From: Candidatus Latescibacterota bacterium
GTDB taxonomy: Bacteria; Latescibacterota; UBA2968; GCA-2709665
Assembly: GCA_965237675.1 (NCBI GenBank)
Contig: OZ250150.1
Location: 3,904,001-3,968,000, forward strand
DNA: 64,000 nt
Direction of reading: 5' to 3'
Positions within the stretch are counted from its first letter, which is position 1. Every line of letters starts with the position of its first letter. The translations under genes and the position numbers were made by a program. The notes beneath the pieces are model-generated. The model had not been told where the DNA came from. It saw only the letters and a list, made by a program, of their open reading frames with translations, and searched no databases. Of the stretch, positions 18,749 through 29,232 are shown in pieces.

Positions 18749-20542
18749 ATGGGCGGCTTTTTCACAAGAGCGTACCGCCACATTCAACAATCGATAGACG
18801 ATGATCGCTGTGTGATTCTGGATGGCGGAGTCGCAACGGAACTCGAACGCATGGGGCTTCGTGATCAAGCCATAAGCGATCACAACCTCTGGGGCACATG
18901 GGCTCTGTATCACGAACCCTATTCGGTGCTGGATGTACATCGCCGGTTTGTGGAGGTCGGCTGTGACGTCATTTCAACCAACACCTGGGGGATCCTGGAG
19001 GGGCCGGAGATAGGCGGGGGGGGTCTTACCGCGGACGCGGGGATATCGCACTGGATGGATGTGGCACGGCGGGGCGTCAGGCTGGCTCGCCGGGCAAATC
19101 AACAGGTCGGCAGGGCGGACGAATGTGCCGTGGCCTTCAGCATAAATGGCGATATCGACACGTCTCAGCGGCTGGAACGATTGCAGCTTCTGTCACGGGT
19201 ATTTGTAGACGATCCACCCGATCTCATTCTCATGGAGACGATGTCAATTGTCCGGGATGACCTGACGCTTCCGGCCGTCGACCTGATGATCCAGACCGGT
19301 ATTCCGGTCTGGCTGAGCTTCCGGCGTTGCAGACAGGGTTTGTGCGGTGTACATGGACAGCACTGGGGCGGTCCCGAGGGCGACTATTTCGGAAGAGTGG
19401 CCGGCCGTTTCGAACGAATGGGTATAGGAGCCCTTTTGATTAATTGCCTTCCGGTAGAGCACGTCTCCGGGATGATTGCGTGGCTGCGGGATTTTACGGA
19501 CCTGCCGTTGGGTGTGTACCCGAACATGGGGCGTTACCTGGACCCGGGTTGGAAATTCGATGAAACCGTGGGACCGCGGTTTTTTGCCACCCTGGCTGAG
19601 GCCTGGCGTGAAGAGGGAGCACAGATCGTCGGTGGGTGCTGTGGCGTGACACCGGATCATATCGCCGAAGCCAGGAAGGCGCTGACGGGAACCCGGGCAG
19701 GCAGTACGCGACCCCCGCCTCCGACGTTTGCGGGGGTCGGAACCGACGAGGATCACTCGGTCGTTCCGTGCCCGTGGGTCGACGAGAACAGCCGGAAGCT
19801 CTTTCCGTTGCCATTTCCCGAAATTATGTGCGACCCGGGTGTTTTCGCGCCCACACAGGGGAGTTTCCTGATCTGGAAGCATCTCTTTCGAACGGGCGCC
19901 GGTCACGGCAAACGCTGCCTGGATGTAGGGTGCGGCACCGGCGTCTTGTCCGTACAACTGGCGTTGAATGGGGCGGAGCAGGTGGTGGCAATCGATATCC
20001 AGAAAGAAGCCGTGGGCAATACGATGACGAACGCCTTTAGGAACGGCGTGGCCGACCGCGTTTCCGGAAAGGTCGTGGATCTCTATACCTATATTCCGGA
20101 AGAAAAGCACGACCTGGTAATCGGCAGCCTCTATCAGATGCCCGTGGATCCGATTCGGCAAACGGCCGGACACCGTCCGGCCGATTTCTGGGGCAGGAAT
20201 CTACTCGATCACCTGATCGCTCTGCTGCCTGAGATGCTTGCCGATGACGGTGTCGCCTATCTGATGCAGATTTCGGCGCTGAGTCAGATTCGAACCGGAG
20301 AACTGATTGCCGTCGCCGGGCTGGAAGCCCGGGTTTTGGATTTCAGCTTTTTTCACTTCAGCCCGGTATTTGAAGAGAATACGGATCAAATCAGGCGGGT
20401 CTCTGAGCTGTCGGATGCCTTTCACCTCAGTTTCGGTCAGGACAATGTGATGGTGATGTACCTGCTGGAAATAAAGTTCCGTGGACGAAATCCACAGATA
20501 GCCGGGGGTGAGAACACGGCGCCGTCCGGACCGGCGATGTGA
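18749..20542 (+). CDS. Homocysteine S-methyltransferase domain fused to a class I SAM-dependent methyltransferase domain
   Basis: N-terminal ILDGGVATELER, ILMET, INC, VYPN, GGCCG (Zn ligands); C-terminal PGVF.P, LDVGCGTGVLS, VVAIDI, YDL-like HDLVIG. Confidence 0.88.
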   Translation: MGGFFTRAYRHIQQSIDDDRCVILDGGVATELERMGLRDQAISDHNLWGTWALYHEPYSVLDVHRRFVEVGCDVISTNTWGILEGPEIGGGGLTADAGISHWMDVARRGVRLARRANQQVGRADECAVAFSINGDIDTSQRLERLQLLSRVFVDDPPDLILMETMSIVRDDLTLPAVDLMIQTGIPVWLSFRRCRQGLCGVHGQHWGGPEGDYFGRVAGRFERMGIGALLINCLPVEHVSGMIAWLRDFTDLPLGVYPNMGRYLDPGWKFDETVGPRFFATLAEAWREEGAQIVGGCCGVTPDHIAEARKALTGTRAGSTRPPPPTFAGVGTDEDHSVVPCPWVDENSRKLFPLPFPEIMCDPGVFAPTQGSFLIWKHLFRTGAGHGKRCLDVGCGTGVLSVQLALNGAEQVVAIDIQKEAVGNTMTNAFRNGVADRVSGKVVDLYTYIPEEKHDLVIGSLYQMPVDPIRQTAGHRPADFWGRNLLDHLIALLPEMLADDGVAYLMQISALSQIRTGELIAVAGLEARVLDFSFFHFSPVFEENTDQIRRVSELSDAFHLSFGQDNVMVMYLLEIKFRGRNPQIAGGENTAPSGPAM

Positions 20543-20691
20543 GCAGATCCGGCTCCATCTTCCGGGATCCGCGAACCCGACAAAGGGTCGCGTGGCGCCT
20601 TATGCACAGATCGGGCTGTGCTGATCGCCGTGCGCGCGTCTGAACGATTTTCACCGGCGGTGCGGGCTCCGCATTCGCCCGGGAATGCAAT

Positions 20692-21522
20692 ATGGTTGAT
20701 CCATTCATGAAGGGTCGCGTCGCGATTGTCACGGGAGGCGCGAGCGGGTTGGGAAAAGCCATTGCGTTGCGCCTGGCAGGTCGGTGTGCGGACATTTGTA
20801 TTATGTCCTTGAGCAGCCGGCGGGTGAAACGAATGGACAGCGAAGTGAAGTACTTCGCGGACGTCGACGAGATCGAGACAACCCGACAGGAAATCCAGGA
20901 AATCGGCGTAAGGTGCATTGGCCTGGACGGCGACGTCAGCTCGGAAACAGACGTGGAGGGCATGATCGGCCGGACCGTCAGGACCTTCGGCAGGTTGGAC
21001 GTTCTGGTGAATAACGCCGCGACAAACGTGGTACATCCGGTCCTTGACCACGACAACGCCGCCTGGAAGCGTGTGGTGGATGTCAATCTGTTCGGACCCT
21101 ACCTTTGCACCCGTATCGCGCTACCGTATCTGATCGAAAACGGCTGGGGTCGAGTCGTTTCTATCGGTTCCACCAACGCCCACGTCGGTACCGCCAGTTA
21201 CAGCGCTTACGCGGCGTCCAAACACGGGTTGCTGGGGTTCAACAAATCTCTCGCGCTGGAGGTGGCGCCCCACCACATCACCGCCAATACCATCAGCCCT
21301 GCAACGGTAGAAACACCGTCCGCGCAGATGCATCTTCTGCGATGGGCGGAAGACTTGGGTCTCTCGCGTGAAGCCATGCGAGAGGAGTTCCTGAAATCCT
21401 ACCCGCAGGGCAGATTTCTGCTCCCGGAAGAAATTGCCGACCTGGTTGTCTATTTGTGCAGGGAAGAAGCGAGAGGAATCAACGGGGAAGATATCCGCGT
21501 GACGACGGGTGCGATGTACTAG
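20692..21522 (+). CDS. Short-chain dehydrogenase/reductase (SDR)
   Basis: TGGASGLG, LVNNAA, catalytic YAASK. Confidence 0.92.
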   Translation: MVDPFMKGRVAIVTGGASGLGKAIALRLAGRCADICIMSLSSRRVKRMDSEVKYFADVDEIETTRQEIQEIGVRCIGLDGDVSSETDVEGMIGRTVRTFGRLDVLVNNAATNVVHPVLDHDNAAWKRVVDVNLFGPYLCTRIALPYLIENGWGRVVSIGSTNAHVGTASYSAYAASKHGLLGFNKSLALEVAPHHITANTISPATVETPSAQMHLLRWAEDLGLSREAMREEFLKSYPQGRFLLPEEIADLVVYLCREEARGINGEDIRVTTGAMY

Positions 21523-21546
21523 TGTTCGTGGGCGAAGGAGGCGATT

Positions 21547-22329
21547 ATGGATCTGGGATTAAAGGGCCGCCGTGCACTGGTGACAGGCGCGAGCAAGGGG
21601 ATCGGCAAGGCAATTGCCTTTGAATTGGCAACGGAAGGGGCCGATCTCGCAATCTGTGCCCGTGGGTCCCGTGATCTTGAGAATACGGCTGCAGCGCTCA
21701 AGGCGAAGAAGGGTGTGAACGTGTTTGCTGCCACCGCGGACGTAACGGTCAAAGAGGAGATGCAGGCATTTGTGGAGGAGGCGTCCGCCGCGCTGGGCGG
21801 GCTCGATATTCTCGTGAACAACGCTGGCAGCGCGCTTCCCGGTACGTTCGAAGAGGTGGACGAGGTTCGCTGGCGTGCGGACCTGGATGTGAAGCTGTTT
21901 GCCGCGATGCACTGCGTGCGTGCCGCCCTGCCTTATCTGAAACAGAGCCGGCAGGCGAGGATCGTCAATATCAACTCGATTGTCGGTCGTCAGATTGCGC
22001 CGGAATACATCGCAAACAGCACGGATAGAGCGGCCTGTCTGGCGTTCAGCAAGGGCCTGGCGGACAACCTGGCACAATATGGAATTCTCGTAAACAGTGT
22101 GAATCCCGGCAACGTGAAAAGCCAGGCCTGGGGTAGCACCCTCGACTATTTCGCACCGGTCGCGGAATTGGAAGATTACTATTCGGAGGCAAGCCGGGAA
22201 ACACCGCTTGGCAGGGTGGCGGAAGCAGCCGAGATCGCGGCAGTGGTGGCGTTTCTGGCAGGCAAAAGGGCGAGCTATATCACCGGCGCTTCCATCGATG
22301 TGGACGGCGGATTGGTGAGGTATATCTGA
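21547..22329 (+). CDS. SDR-family oxidoreductase with an atypical active site
   Basis: RBS AAGGAGG; TGASKGIG, LVNNAG, VNSVNPG, YITGASIDVDGG. The YxxxK position reads NSTDR. Confidence 0.9.
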   Translation: MDLGLKGRRALVTGASKGIGKAIAFELATEGADLAICARGSRDLENTAAALKAKKGVNVFAATADVTVKEEMQAFVEEASAALGGLDILVNNAGSALPGTFEEVDEVRWRADLDVKLFAAMHCVRAALPYLKQSRQARIVNINSIVGRQIAPEYIANSTDRAACLAFSKGLADNLAQYGILVNSVNPGNVKSQAWGSTLDYFAPVAELEDYYSEASRETPLGRVAEAAEIAAVVAFLAGKRASYITGASIDVDGGLVRYI

Positions 22330-22544
22330 GCCGCCCGGGGGTCGGAGGTTGAAGTGCGGGTGTCTGTCGCCCCGCGTTCGTCAACAAAGATCGCGTGTTT
22401 CAGGTAAGTGGTAAGATCGGTCCCGCAATCGTGCACCCGCCTTGCGGTGAAATGTAGCGCATCATGCACGGGTTCTTGCGGCAACGATGGACATGGTACG
22501 TTGGTCTGTGTCGTCAGGCGAAAGTTTCCGCACCGAAAGGAAAC

Positions 22545-24803
22545 GTGTTGCCCAATCCGCGTTTCGAAAGATTGTCTCCAGTACCTGGCCAGGGCCTGGA
22601 GGGTTATGCCGACGAAATAACCCTCCAGGCCGGAGCCGAGATCGAGTTCAAACTGGGAGGTCCTCGGGGCGCGGCAGAGGTGAACATGGCCCGACTGATT
22701 CACGGGGATCCGAATCCCGATGGACCCGGTTACGGGGAAGAACGTGTTTCGTGGGGACAGCCGGGCCGGATTGAGGTGTCCGAACAGGTAACGGATTATG
22801 GTTCATTTATTGAGATTCCGCATTCCGATTCCCTGAACCCGGTGGGCGGGTTTACCGTGGCACTCTGGTTTCGTCCGACTTTAGGCGGCGGCGGATGGCG
22901 CGCCATCGCGGTGAAGTGGGCGAGCGAAAACTTGAGCTACGGGATTTTTTTCGCCGGCGAACGGTTTCTGACGGCAGCCGTGTCTCACGACGGGAAAAAG
23001 GCGAACTGGGCAACAGCCAGAGAGTCAATCCATATCGACAACTGGCAGTTCGTGGCGTTCTCTTACGAACCTGACTCAGGGGAAGTTTGTCTCTACCAGC
23101 AGATGGGGGATACGGCTGGCGTGGTCGAAACACGGTCCTCCCGCGATGCGCTGGTCTGTGCGTCGAAAAGAACCGAACGGGGTCCGGTATTCGCGGGTAC
23201 CGCGCCCCTGCTGTTTGGCGCCTGTCCGGATCCGGGCCGCGAAGGCAACCATTGGGCCCATTTTACGGGCAAAATTGCACATCCCGTGCTTTTCGGAACC
23301 GCGCTGGAACGCGATGGGATCCAGGCACTTGCCGGTGGGGAGAATCCTTCATCACTGGGCCCGTTGCTCGGATGCTGGCATCTTGGCGTCGACGTGACCG
23401 GGGAACGCGTCGTTGATCTGTCTGACTACGAAAATCACGGGATTGCTGTAAACGCGCCTGGCCGTGCGGTTACGGGGCCGACCTGGAACGGAATGCCGTC
23501 CCGGCTCTATACCGATCATCCTGACGACTACAATGCGATCTACCTGCACGAAGACGATCTGGAAGATGCCCGGTGGCCAACGTCCTTTGCGGTGCAAGCA
23601 CCCCCTGACGCAAGACCCGGAATCTATGCAGTCCGCGCCGAGAACGATGCGGAAACTCTCTTCGTGCCGTTTATCGTGACATCGAAGACACCACGGTCCG
23701 AATTGGCATGTCTGATACCCACGCTCACGTGGCAGGCGTACGGCAGCAACCGCGCGGCGTACAGCTATACTGAAGACGGTGTTCTCGATCGCACGCTATG
23801 CACTTACGACGTGCACAGCGACGGGTCGATGGTTTGTTACTACTCGCGCCTTCAGCCCACGCGTGGATGGAATCCGAAGGCGGGATTTCAAAACTGGGGC
23901 GCGCACAATATTACCGCGAATCTCTATCTGATCGACTGGCTGGAAGCACTGAAGTTCGAATATGACGTGTTCGCGGACGAAAATTTGCATTGCGAAGGGA
24001 CCGAGCTGCTTTCGAAATATCGATGTGTGATTCTGGGAAGCCATCCCGAATACCACACCGAAAAGATGGTCGACAGCCTGGCGGCGTATGTGCGAAATGG
24101 CGGCCGGCTCGTCTATTTGAGCGGCAACGGTCTATACTGGGTGATGTCCATCGACCCCCGGCGGCCGCACGTGCTTGAACTTCGCCGAGGGGGAGAGGGC
24201 GACTACGGACCGACATACGAGCCGGTGCCCGGGGAATCGCAACACAGCACGACACTGGAACTGGGGGGACTGTGGGCAAGGCGAGGACGTCCTCCCCGGC
24301 GGACGGTCGGCGTGGAACATGCGTCCAACGCCTGGATCGAAAGCAAAGAAAGAAGGGGCTTTCGGCGCCTTCCGGCAGGCACGGATTCCCGGTACGCGTT
24401 CGTTTTCGACGGTATCGGAGAAGACGAAGTTATTGGAGACTTCGGCCTGAACCTCGGGAGCGCGGCAGGATTCGAAATGGACGCCGTGCAGGATTGGGTA
24501 TGGGACGGGCTCACGCCCGAGCCTGTCGTACTTGCCCGGGCGTCGCATCCCGAATATATCCCCGCGCGACGCACGCACGTTTCGCCGGCGGCGGATCTGG
24601 CGATTATGGCTTATCCGGGTGGCGGCGCGGTTTTTTCGGCTGGCTCGGTAACCTGGACGGGCAGCCTCTCCCACAACGGTTATGCGAACAATGTATCCAC
24701 CATCACCCGCAACGTGATTCGCCGGTTTCTGGATGCGCCCGCCGGCGGGACGGTACTCGGAGACGCCGGACACCCATCCCCGGTAAACGCATCTCCGAAA
24801 TGA
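22545..24803 (+). CDS. N,N-dimethylformamidase large-subunit family protein with a LamG-like insert
   Basis: EGYAD, ARLIHGDPNPDGPG, HEDDLEDARW, PTLTWQAY, TYDVHSDG, GSHPEY, YLSGNG.YW, GG.VFSAGS.TW.GSL...N.S.IT.NV..RF. Start is GTG 22545 or TTG 22548 after AAGGA. Confidence 0.85.
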   Translation: MLPNPRFERLSPVPGQGLEGYADEITLQAGAEIEFKLGGPRGAAEVNMARLIHGDPNPDGPGYGEERVSWGQPGRIEVSEQVTDYGSFIEIPHSDSLNPVGGFTVALWFRPTLGGGGWRAIAVKWASENLSYGIFFAGERFLTAAVSHDGKKANWATARESIHIDNWQFVAFSYEPDSGEVCLYQQMGDTAGVVETRSSRDALVCASKRTERGPVFAGTAPLLFGACPDPGREGNHWAHFTGKIAHPVLFGTALERDGIQALAGGENPSSLGPLLGCWHLGVDVTGERVVDLSDYENHGIAVNAPGRAVTGPTWNGMPSRLYTDHPDDYNAIYLHEDDLEDARWPTSFAVQAPPDARPGIYAVRAENDAETLFVPFIVTSKTPRSELACLIPTLTWQAYGSNRAAYSYTEDGVLDRTLCTYDVHSDGSMVCYYSRLQPTRGWNPKAGFQNWGAHNITANLYLIDWLEALKFEYDVFADENLHCEGTELLSKYRCVILGSHPEYHTEKMVDSLAAYVRNGGRLVYLSGNGLYWVMSIDPRRPHVLELRRGGEGDYGPTYEPVPGESQHSTTLELGGLWARRGRPPRRTVGVEHASNAWIESKERRGFRRLPAGTDSRYAFVFDGIGEDEVIGDFGLNLGSAAGFEMDAVQDWVWDGLTPEPVVLARASHPEYIPARRTHVSPAADLAIMAYPGGGAVFSAGSVTWTGSLSHNGYANNVSTITRNVIRRFLDAPAGGTVLGDAGHPSPVNASPK

Positions 24804-24834
24804 AATTCTGCGTCACACCGGAGCGTGAATTCAA

Positions 24835-25902
24835 TTGAACGCCGATAATCCGGAAAACCCCCGAAGCCTGTTGCAGCGCCTGGATGATGACGCGGTGATC
24901 TGCGCGGAGGGGTATCTGTTTGAACTCGAGCGTCGAGGGTATCTGCAGGCGGGCCCGTACGTGCCGGAAGTCGTGCTGGAACATCCTGAGGTCGTGGCCG
25001 GGCTGCACCGGGAATTCTGGCGTTCGGGCACGGATGTGATCGAGGCGTTTACGTATTACGCCCATCGGGAAAAACTGCGTCTTATCGGCAAGGAACATCT
25101 TCTGGAACCCTTACAGAAAAATGCGCTGGCAATCGCGAAAGCGGTTGCCGCCGAGGTCGGAGGAGAACGCCCACTCGTGGCCGGCAATATTTGTAATACC
25201 AACATTTGGGATCCGGCGGATCGCGCAACGGATGCGCGGGTTACCGCGATGTTCGACGAACAGGTGGCCTGGGCAGTTGAGGCCGGAGTCGATTACATGA
25301 TCGCGGAGACATTCTCGTTTTTCGGGGAGGCCGAGTTGGCCTTGGCGTCCATCAAGCGGGCTGGATTGTCGGCCGTGGTGACCTTTGCCCACCATCGGGA
25401 AGAAGGTTTACGGGATGGGGTCCTGCTGGATGAGGCGGCAGGACGTCTGGAGGGGGCGGGAGCGGAAGTGGTGGGTGTGAACTGTACCAGGGGGCCAGGG
25501 ACGATGCTGCCCGATGTCGAACGCATTCGGAGGGCGGTATCCTGTCACGTGGCGGCATTGCCGGTACCGTTTCGCACGACCGAAAATCAACCGACGTTCC
25601 AGTCGCTTCGGGAGCCGGGCCCTGAACCGCCGCCCACGGGACGGTCGTTTCCGACAGCACTGGACCCGTTCTCCTGCCACAGGTACGAGTTGGCCGAGTT
25701 TGCGCGTCGGGCGTACGATATGGGTGTCCGCTACCTGGGGGTTTGCTGCGGGGCCGGGCCTCATCACGTCCGGTCAGTTGCGGAAGAATTGGGCCGGGTC
25801 CCGCCCGCCAGCAGATACAGCCCGGACATGTCCAGGCACTATGCGCTGGGCAGCGATTCAAGCCTCAAGAGCCACAATCGGGAATTTATCGAAAAGCTGT
25901 GA
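24835..25902 (+). CDS. Betaine-homocysteine S-methyltransferase-like protein
   Basis: EGYLFELERRGYLQAGP..PEVVLEHPE.V..LHREF matches the BHMT N-terminus; AET, GVNC.RGP, YLGVCCG..PHH.R..AEEL. Confidence 0.85.
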   Translation: MNADNPENPRSLLQRLDDDAVICAEGYLFELERRGYLQAGPYVPEVVLEHPEVVAGLHREFWRSGTDVIEAFTYYAHREKLRLIGKEHLLEPLQKNALAIAKAVAAEVGGERPLVAGNICNTNIWDPADRATDARVTAMFDEQVAWAVEAGVDYMIAETFSFFGEAELALASIKRAGLSAVVTFAHHREEGLRDGVLLDEAAGRLEGAGAEVVGVNCTRGPGTMLPDVERIRRAVSCHVAALPVPFRTTENQPTFQSLREPGPEPPPTGRSFPTALDPFSCHRYELAEFARRAYDMGVRYLGVCCGAGPHHVRSVAEELGRVPPASRYSPDMSRHYALGSDSSLKSHNREFIEKL

Positions 25903-26060
25903 CAAATCCCGCGGCCACACCGTATCGGAATTGGTGTATTTTCTCGGAAATCGACCTGCGCCAACTGGGCGCGTGCGATCGAGTCCATCCCTGCTGACAG
26001 GTCCACGCAACGGCGCATGAGTCAGCTTGTCGTTGGACTCGACCCGGAGCGTTCAAGTCG

Positions 26061-27662
26061 ATGCGATCCTGCGCGGCTGCCATCGCGAAAACCTTGCACG
26101 ATGAAAAGGTCCGGTACGTATTCGGTCATCCGGGCGGCGAGGTCGTGGACCTGATCGACGCGCTTGAGAACGCGGGAATCCGATTCGTGCTGACCGGCCA
26201 CGAAGCTGCCGCCGCGTTTATGGCGAGCACGGTCGGGCGCCTGACCGGGACTCCCGGCGTCTGCATGGCGACGCTGGGGCCGGGCGGCTGCAATCTGGTC
26301 CTGGGTGTCGGCGCCGCGTTCCTCGACAGGGACCCGATGCTGGCCATTTCCGCGCGGAGTCTGGCATCGCGGGCAAGGATGAGCGAGAAGCAAAACCTGC
26401 GTCTCAATGAATTGTTCGATCCCATCTGCAAATGGTCCGTCTCGCTGGGAAATAACGGCGTGGAGCAGACGGTGCGGTCCGCGTTGTCGCTGGCGGGGGC
26501 GCCGCCGGCTGGCCCCGTATACCTCTCGTTACCGAATGATGTCGCCGTGGCAGATGCCGCCACCGGCACGGGCGCGTCGCCACCGTGTCCGATTCGTGTA
26601 TGCGAGGGGGATCTCGAAGATATAACAACAGCGTTGAATCGGGCCGAACGCCCCGTTGGCGTTGTGGGCGTTGCGTTGAATGCCCGGCGGGATTCTGCAG
26701 CCGTGCGTCGATTTTTCGCGGCATCGGGAATTCCCTACGTCGTTCTTCCACAGGCAAAGGGCATTGCGGATGAGTCGGGCCCCGGGTACCTGGGCACGGT
26801 GGCGTCGGCCGCCGGAGATGCCGTCCTTGTGAATCTGATACGGCGAAGCGATTGTTTACTGGGCGTGGGCTTCGATCCCGTGGAGTCGGCCCAGGACTGG
26901 CATCTTCGCCAACCGGTCTACTCTCTGGCCAATTCCTCGATCGCGTTCGGCGACTTTGAACCGGCCACGGAGTGCGTGGGTGACGTTGCCTCCCTGCTCG
27001 ACCGTTTGCTTGAGGGATACGACCGGGACGCCCGTTGGACAGCGGCCGAAATCCGCAACGCGCAGCATGCGGTAGCGGATGCGATTCGTCCGATGACGGC
27101 GTCCAGCCCCAATGGTCTTTCACCCTACCATCTGATGTGTGTCTTGTGCGATACGCTGCCCGAAGAGACCGTTCTTTCAACCGACGTGGGCGCCCACAAG
27201 ATGCTGATTTCGCAGGTCTGGCGGGCGCGTTCCCCGGGCGCGTTTCTGACTTCCAACGGCCTGTCCGCGATGGGGTACGGGCTGCCGTCGGCGCTGTCGG
27301 CCGCGCTGGTACGGCCCGGCCGGCCGGTAGCCGGTGTGTTCGGGGACGCCGGTTTCGCGATGATGGTTCAGGAATTGGAAACGGCGCGCAGGCTGGGACT
27401 GCGCCCCTTGCTGGTCGTGCTCTGCGACCGATCTCTGGCAATTGTCAAAGTCGCGCAGGACATGCGTAACATCCCGCACCGGGGGGTGGATTTCCATCCT
27501 GTGGATTGGGCAGTGGTCGCCGATGGATTTGGCGTGAGGGGAGAGACCGTGACCACCCTGGATGACATGCGGAGGGTGGGGGAGGAATGGCTGGCAAAAC
27601 CGCGGTTGACCGTTGTGGCGGCACGGGTGGATGACGAATTATACACTGCGTTGGAATATTGA
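26061..27662 (+). CDS. Thiamine-diphosphate-dependent enzyme, acetolactate synthase large-subunit-like
   Basis: VFGHPGG, HEAAAAFMA, TLGPG, TDVGAHK, SNGLSAMGYGLP, GDAGFAM. Confidence 0.9.
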   Translation: MRSCAAAIAKTLHDEKVRYVFGHPGGEVVDLIDALENAGIRFVLTGHEAAAAFMASTVGRLTGTPGVCMATLGPGGCNLVLGVGAAFLDRDPMLAISARSLASRARMSEKQNLRLNELFDPICKWSVSLGNNGVEQTVRSALSLAGAPPAGPVYLSLPNDVAVADAATGTGASPPCPIRVCEGDLEDITTALNRAERPVGVVGVALNARRDSAAVRRFFAASGIPYVVLPQAKGIADESGPGYLGTVASAAGDAVLVNLIRRSDCLLGVGFDPVESAQDWHLRQPVYSLANSSIAFGDFEPATECVGDVASLLDRLLEGYDRDARWTAAEIRNAQHAVADAIRPMTASSPNGLSPYHLMCVLCDTLPEETVLSTDVGAHKMLISQVWRARSPGAFLTSNGLSAMGYGLPSALSAALVRPGRPVAGVFGDAGFAMMVQELETARRLGLRPLLVVLCDRSLAIVKVAQDMRNIPHRGVDFHPVDWAVVADGFGVRGETVTTLDDMRRVGEEWLAKPRLTVVAARVDDELYTALEY

Positions 27663-27718
27663 CCTTTCCGTGCATGTGCGGCGGCGGGCCGACCGGACTG
27701 GGAACGTGAGGGGGCTCC

Positions 27719-29056
27719 ATGGGTTTACCGGAACACGTGAGGTATCTGATCATCGGCGCCGGGGTACACGGTCTGAGTACCGGCTACCACCTGGCGCGGG
27801 AGTTGAAAAGGCGGCGCCAGGGTTGCGGGCCGGACGTGCTGATTGTGGACAAGACGGGGGTGGCCGCGGGCGCTTCCGGTATCGCCTGCGGTGTGATCCG
27901 AAACAACTATTACCAACCTGCCATGCGCGAACTGATGGCGCACAGCGTCGAGATATGGGAGACCGATCCAGAGGCATTCAGTTATCACCCCGTTGGTTAC
28001 ATGCAGATCAGCCCTGAGTCGATGCACGAAGGTGTTGCAACCATCGCACAACAACAGTGTGAGATCGGTTACGAATCGGAGTTTATAGAAGGAGAAGCAG
28101 ACTGCATGAAGTATATGCGGGGTTTGTTTCACGACTGGCAGGCGAAGGGAATCACGTCCGTTCTGCACGAAAAAAGAGGGGGATACGCCAACAATCGTGC
28201 GTCGATGATCGGCCTGGCGTCGAAGGCCAGAAGCGAGGGCGTGGAGATACTGGAAGGCGTTGGGGTGGCCGGATTTCGGTACGATGGCGGGGCCATATCG
28301 GCCGTGGAAACGGATCAGGGCGTGATCCGGGTCGATGAGGTCGTGGTCGCCGTGGGACCGTGGGCGAAATTACTATGGGACCTGTTGGAACTACCCGCAT
28401 CAGTGAGCATCAAGGCTTCGGACGGCGCCGTACATCACGATATTCCAATGTGGACCTACTGGTGTCTGCAGGAAGGTACGCTGGGTGTGGACCCTCATTT
28501 TCTCAAGACAAACGACGGAAGGACGCCCCCGGTGATTCATCTGGATACGGACGAACCGCTGTTTTCGGACGTCGACGGTTCGCTGATAACAGATCGGATG
28601 TGGGGGATATATTACAAGCCCGACTTCCACTTTGGGGGTGTGCAGGGAGGCGGTATGCCCTACAGGGTGGAAAGACCAACGGACGAGGTCGCGGTGGACC
28701 CCTATGGCCCGGAGTCTCTCGATTTCATCGTTGGCGACCGATTCGCGCTGCAGTGGTGTTCCGCGCTGGCATTTTGTCAGAAGCGGTTTGAAGGAAAATC
28801 CCCGCTCTTTAAGAAAGAGCCATCCGGTGGCATTGGCGCGTTTACACCCGACAGTTTTCCGGTGTTCGACCGATTTCACAAGAACTGTTACATGATTGCG
28901 GATTCCAACCACGGGTACAAGATGATCGGAGTGGGTAAGCTCGTGGCGGAGGAACTCCTGGGCAAACGCTCCGACCTCCTGGAGCCGTTCCGTTTTACCC
29001 GCTATGCTGCGGGTAGGCTGCACCCGGTATCGAACAGCCCGTTTCCCTGGAGTTGA
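27719..29056 (+). CDS. FAD-dependent oxidoreductase, DAO family (sarcosine oxidase beta / N-methylglutamate dehydrogenase-like)
   Basis: IIGAGVHGLSTGYHLA, GASGIACGVIRNNY, FTPDSFP, HGYKM. Substrate not determinable from sequence. Confidence 0.85.
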   Translation: MGLPEHVRYLIIGAGVHGLSTGYHLARELKRRRQGCGPDVLIVDKTGVAAGASGIACGVIRNNYYQPAMRELMAHSVEIWETDPEAFSYHPVGYMQISPESMHEGVATIAQQQCEIGYESEFIEGEADCMKYMRGLFHDWQAKGITSVLHEKRGGYANNRASMIGLASKARSEGVEILEGVGVAGFRYDGGAISAVETDQGVIRVDEVVVAVGPWAKLLWDLLELPASVSIKASDGAVHHDIPMWTYWCLQEGTLGVDPHFLKTNDGRTPPVIHLDTDEPLFSDVDGSLITDRMWGIYYKPDFHFGGVQGGGMPYRVERPTDEVAVDPYGPESLDFIVGDRFALQWCSALAFCQKRFEGKSPLFKKEPSGGIGAFTPDSFPVFDRFHKNCYMIADSNHGYKMIGVGKLVAEELLGKRSDLLEPFRFTRYAAGRLHPVSNSPFPWS

Positions 29057-29232
29057 CTTCGACCGCAAACTTCTAAACACCCTGATCGCAAGGGTATGCA
29101 TCGAGCGCTGAACCTGTAATCCGGGCCCTGGATGTCAGAGCCTCCGAACCCTTTGTTGAAACCCGGGACCATGCATTCCACGGCCGCAGAACGGATATCG
29201 GGAAACCAGATTCAGGAACACAGACGGAGAAT

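Noticed and set aside
22444-22458. GCGGTGAAATGTAG resembling a 16S rRNA segment
   Set aside because: An isolated short match with no surrounding rRNA similarity.
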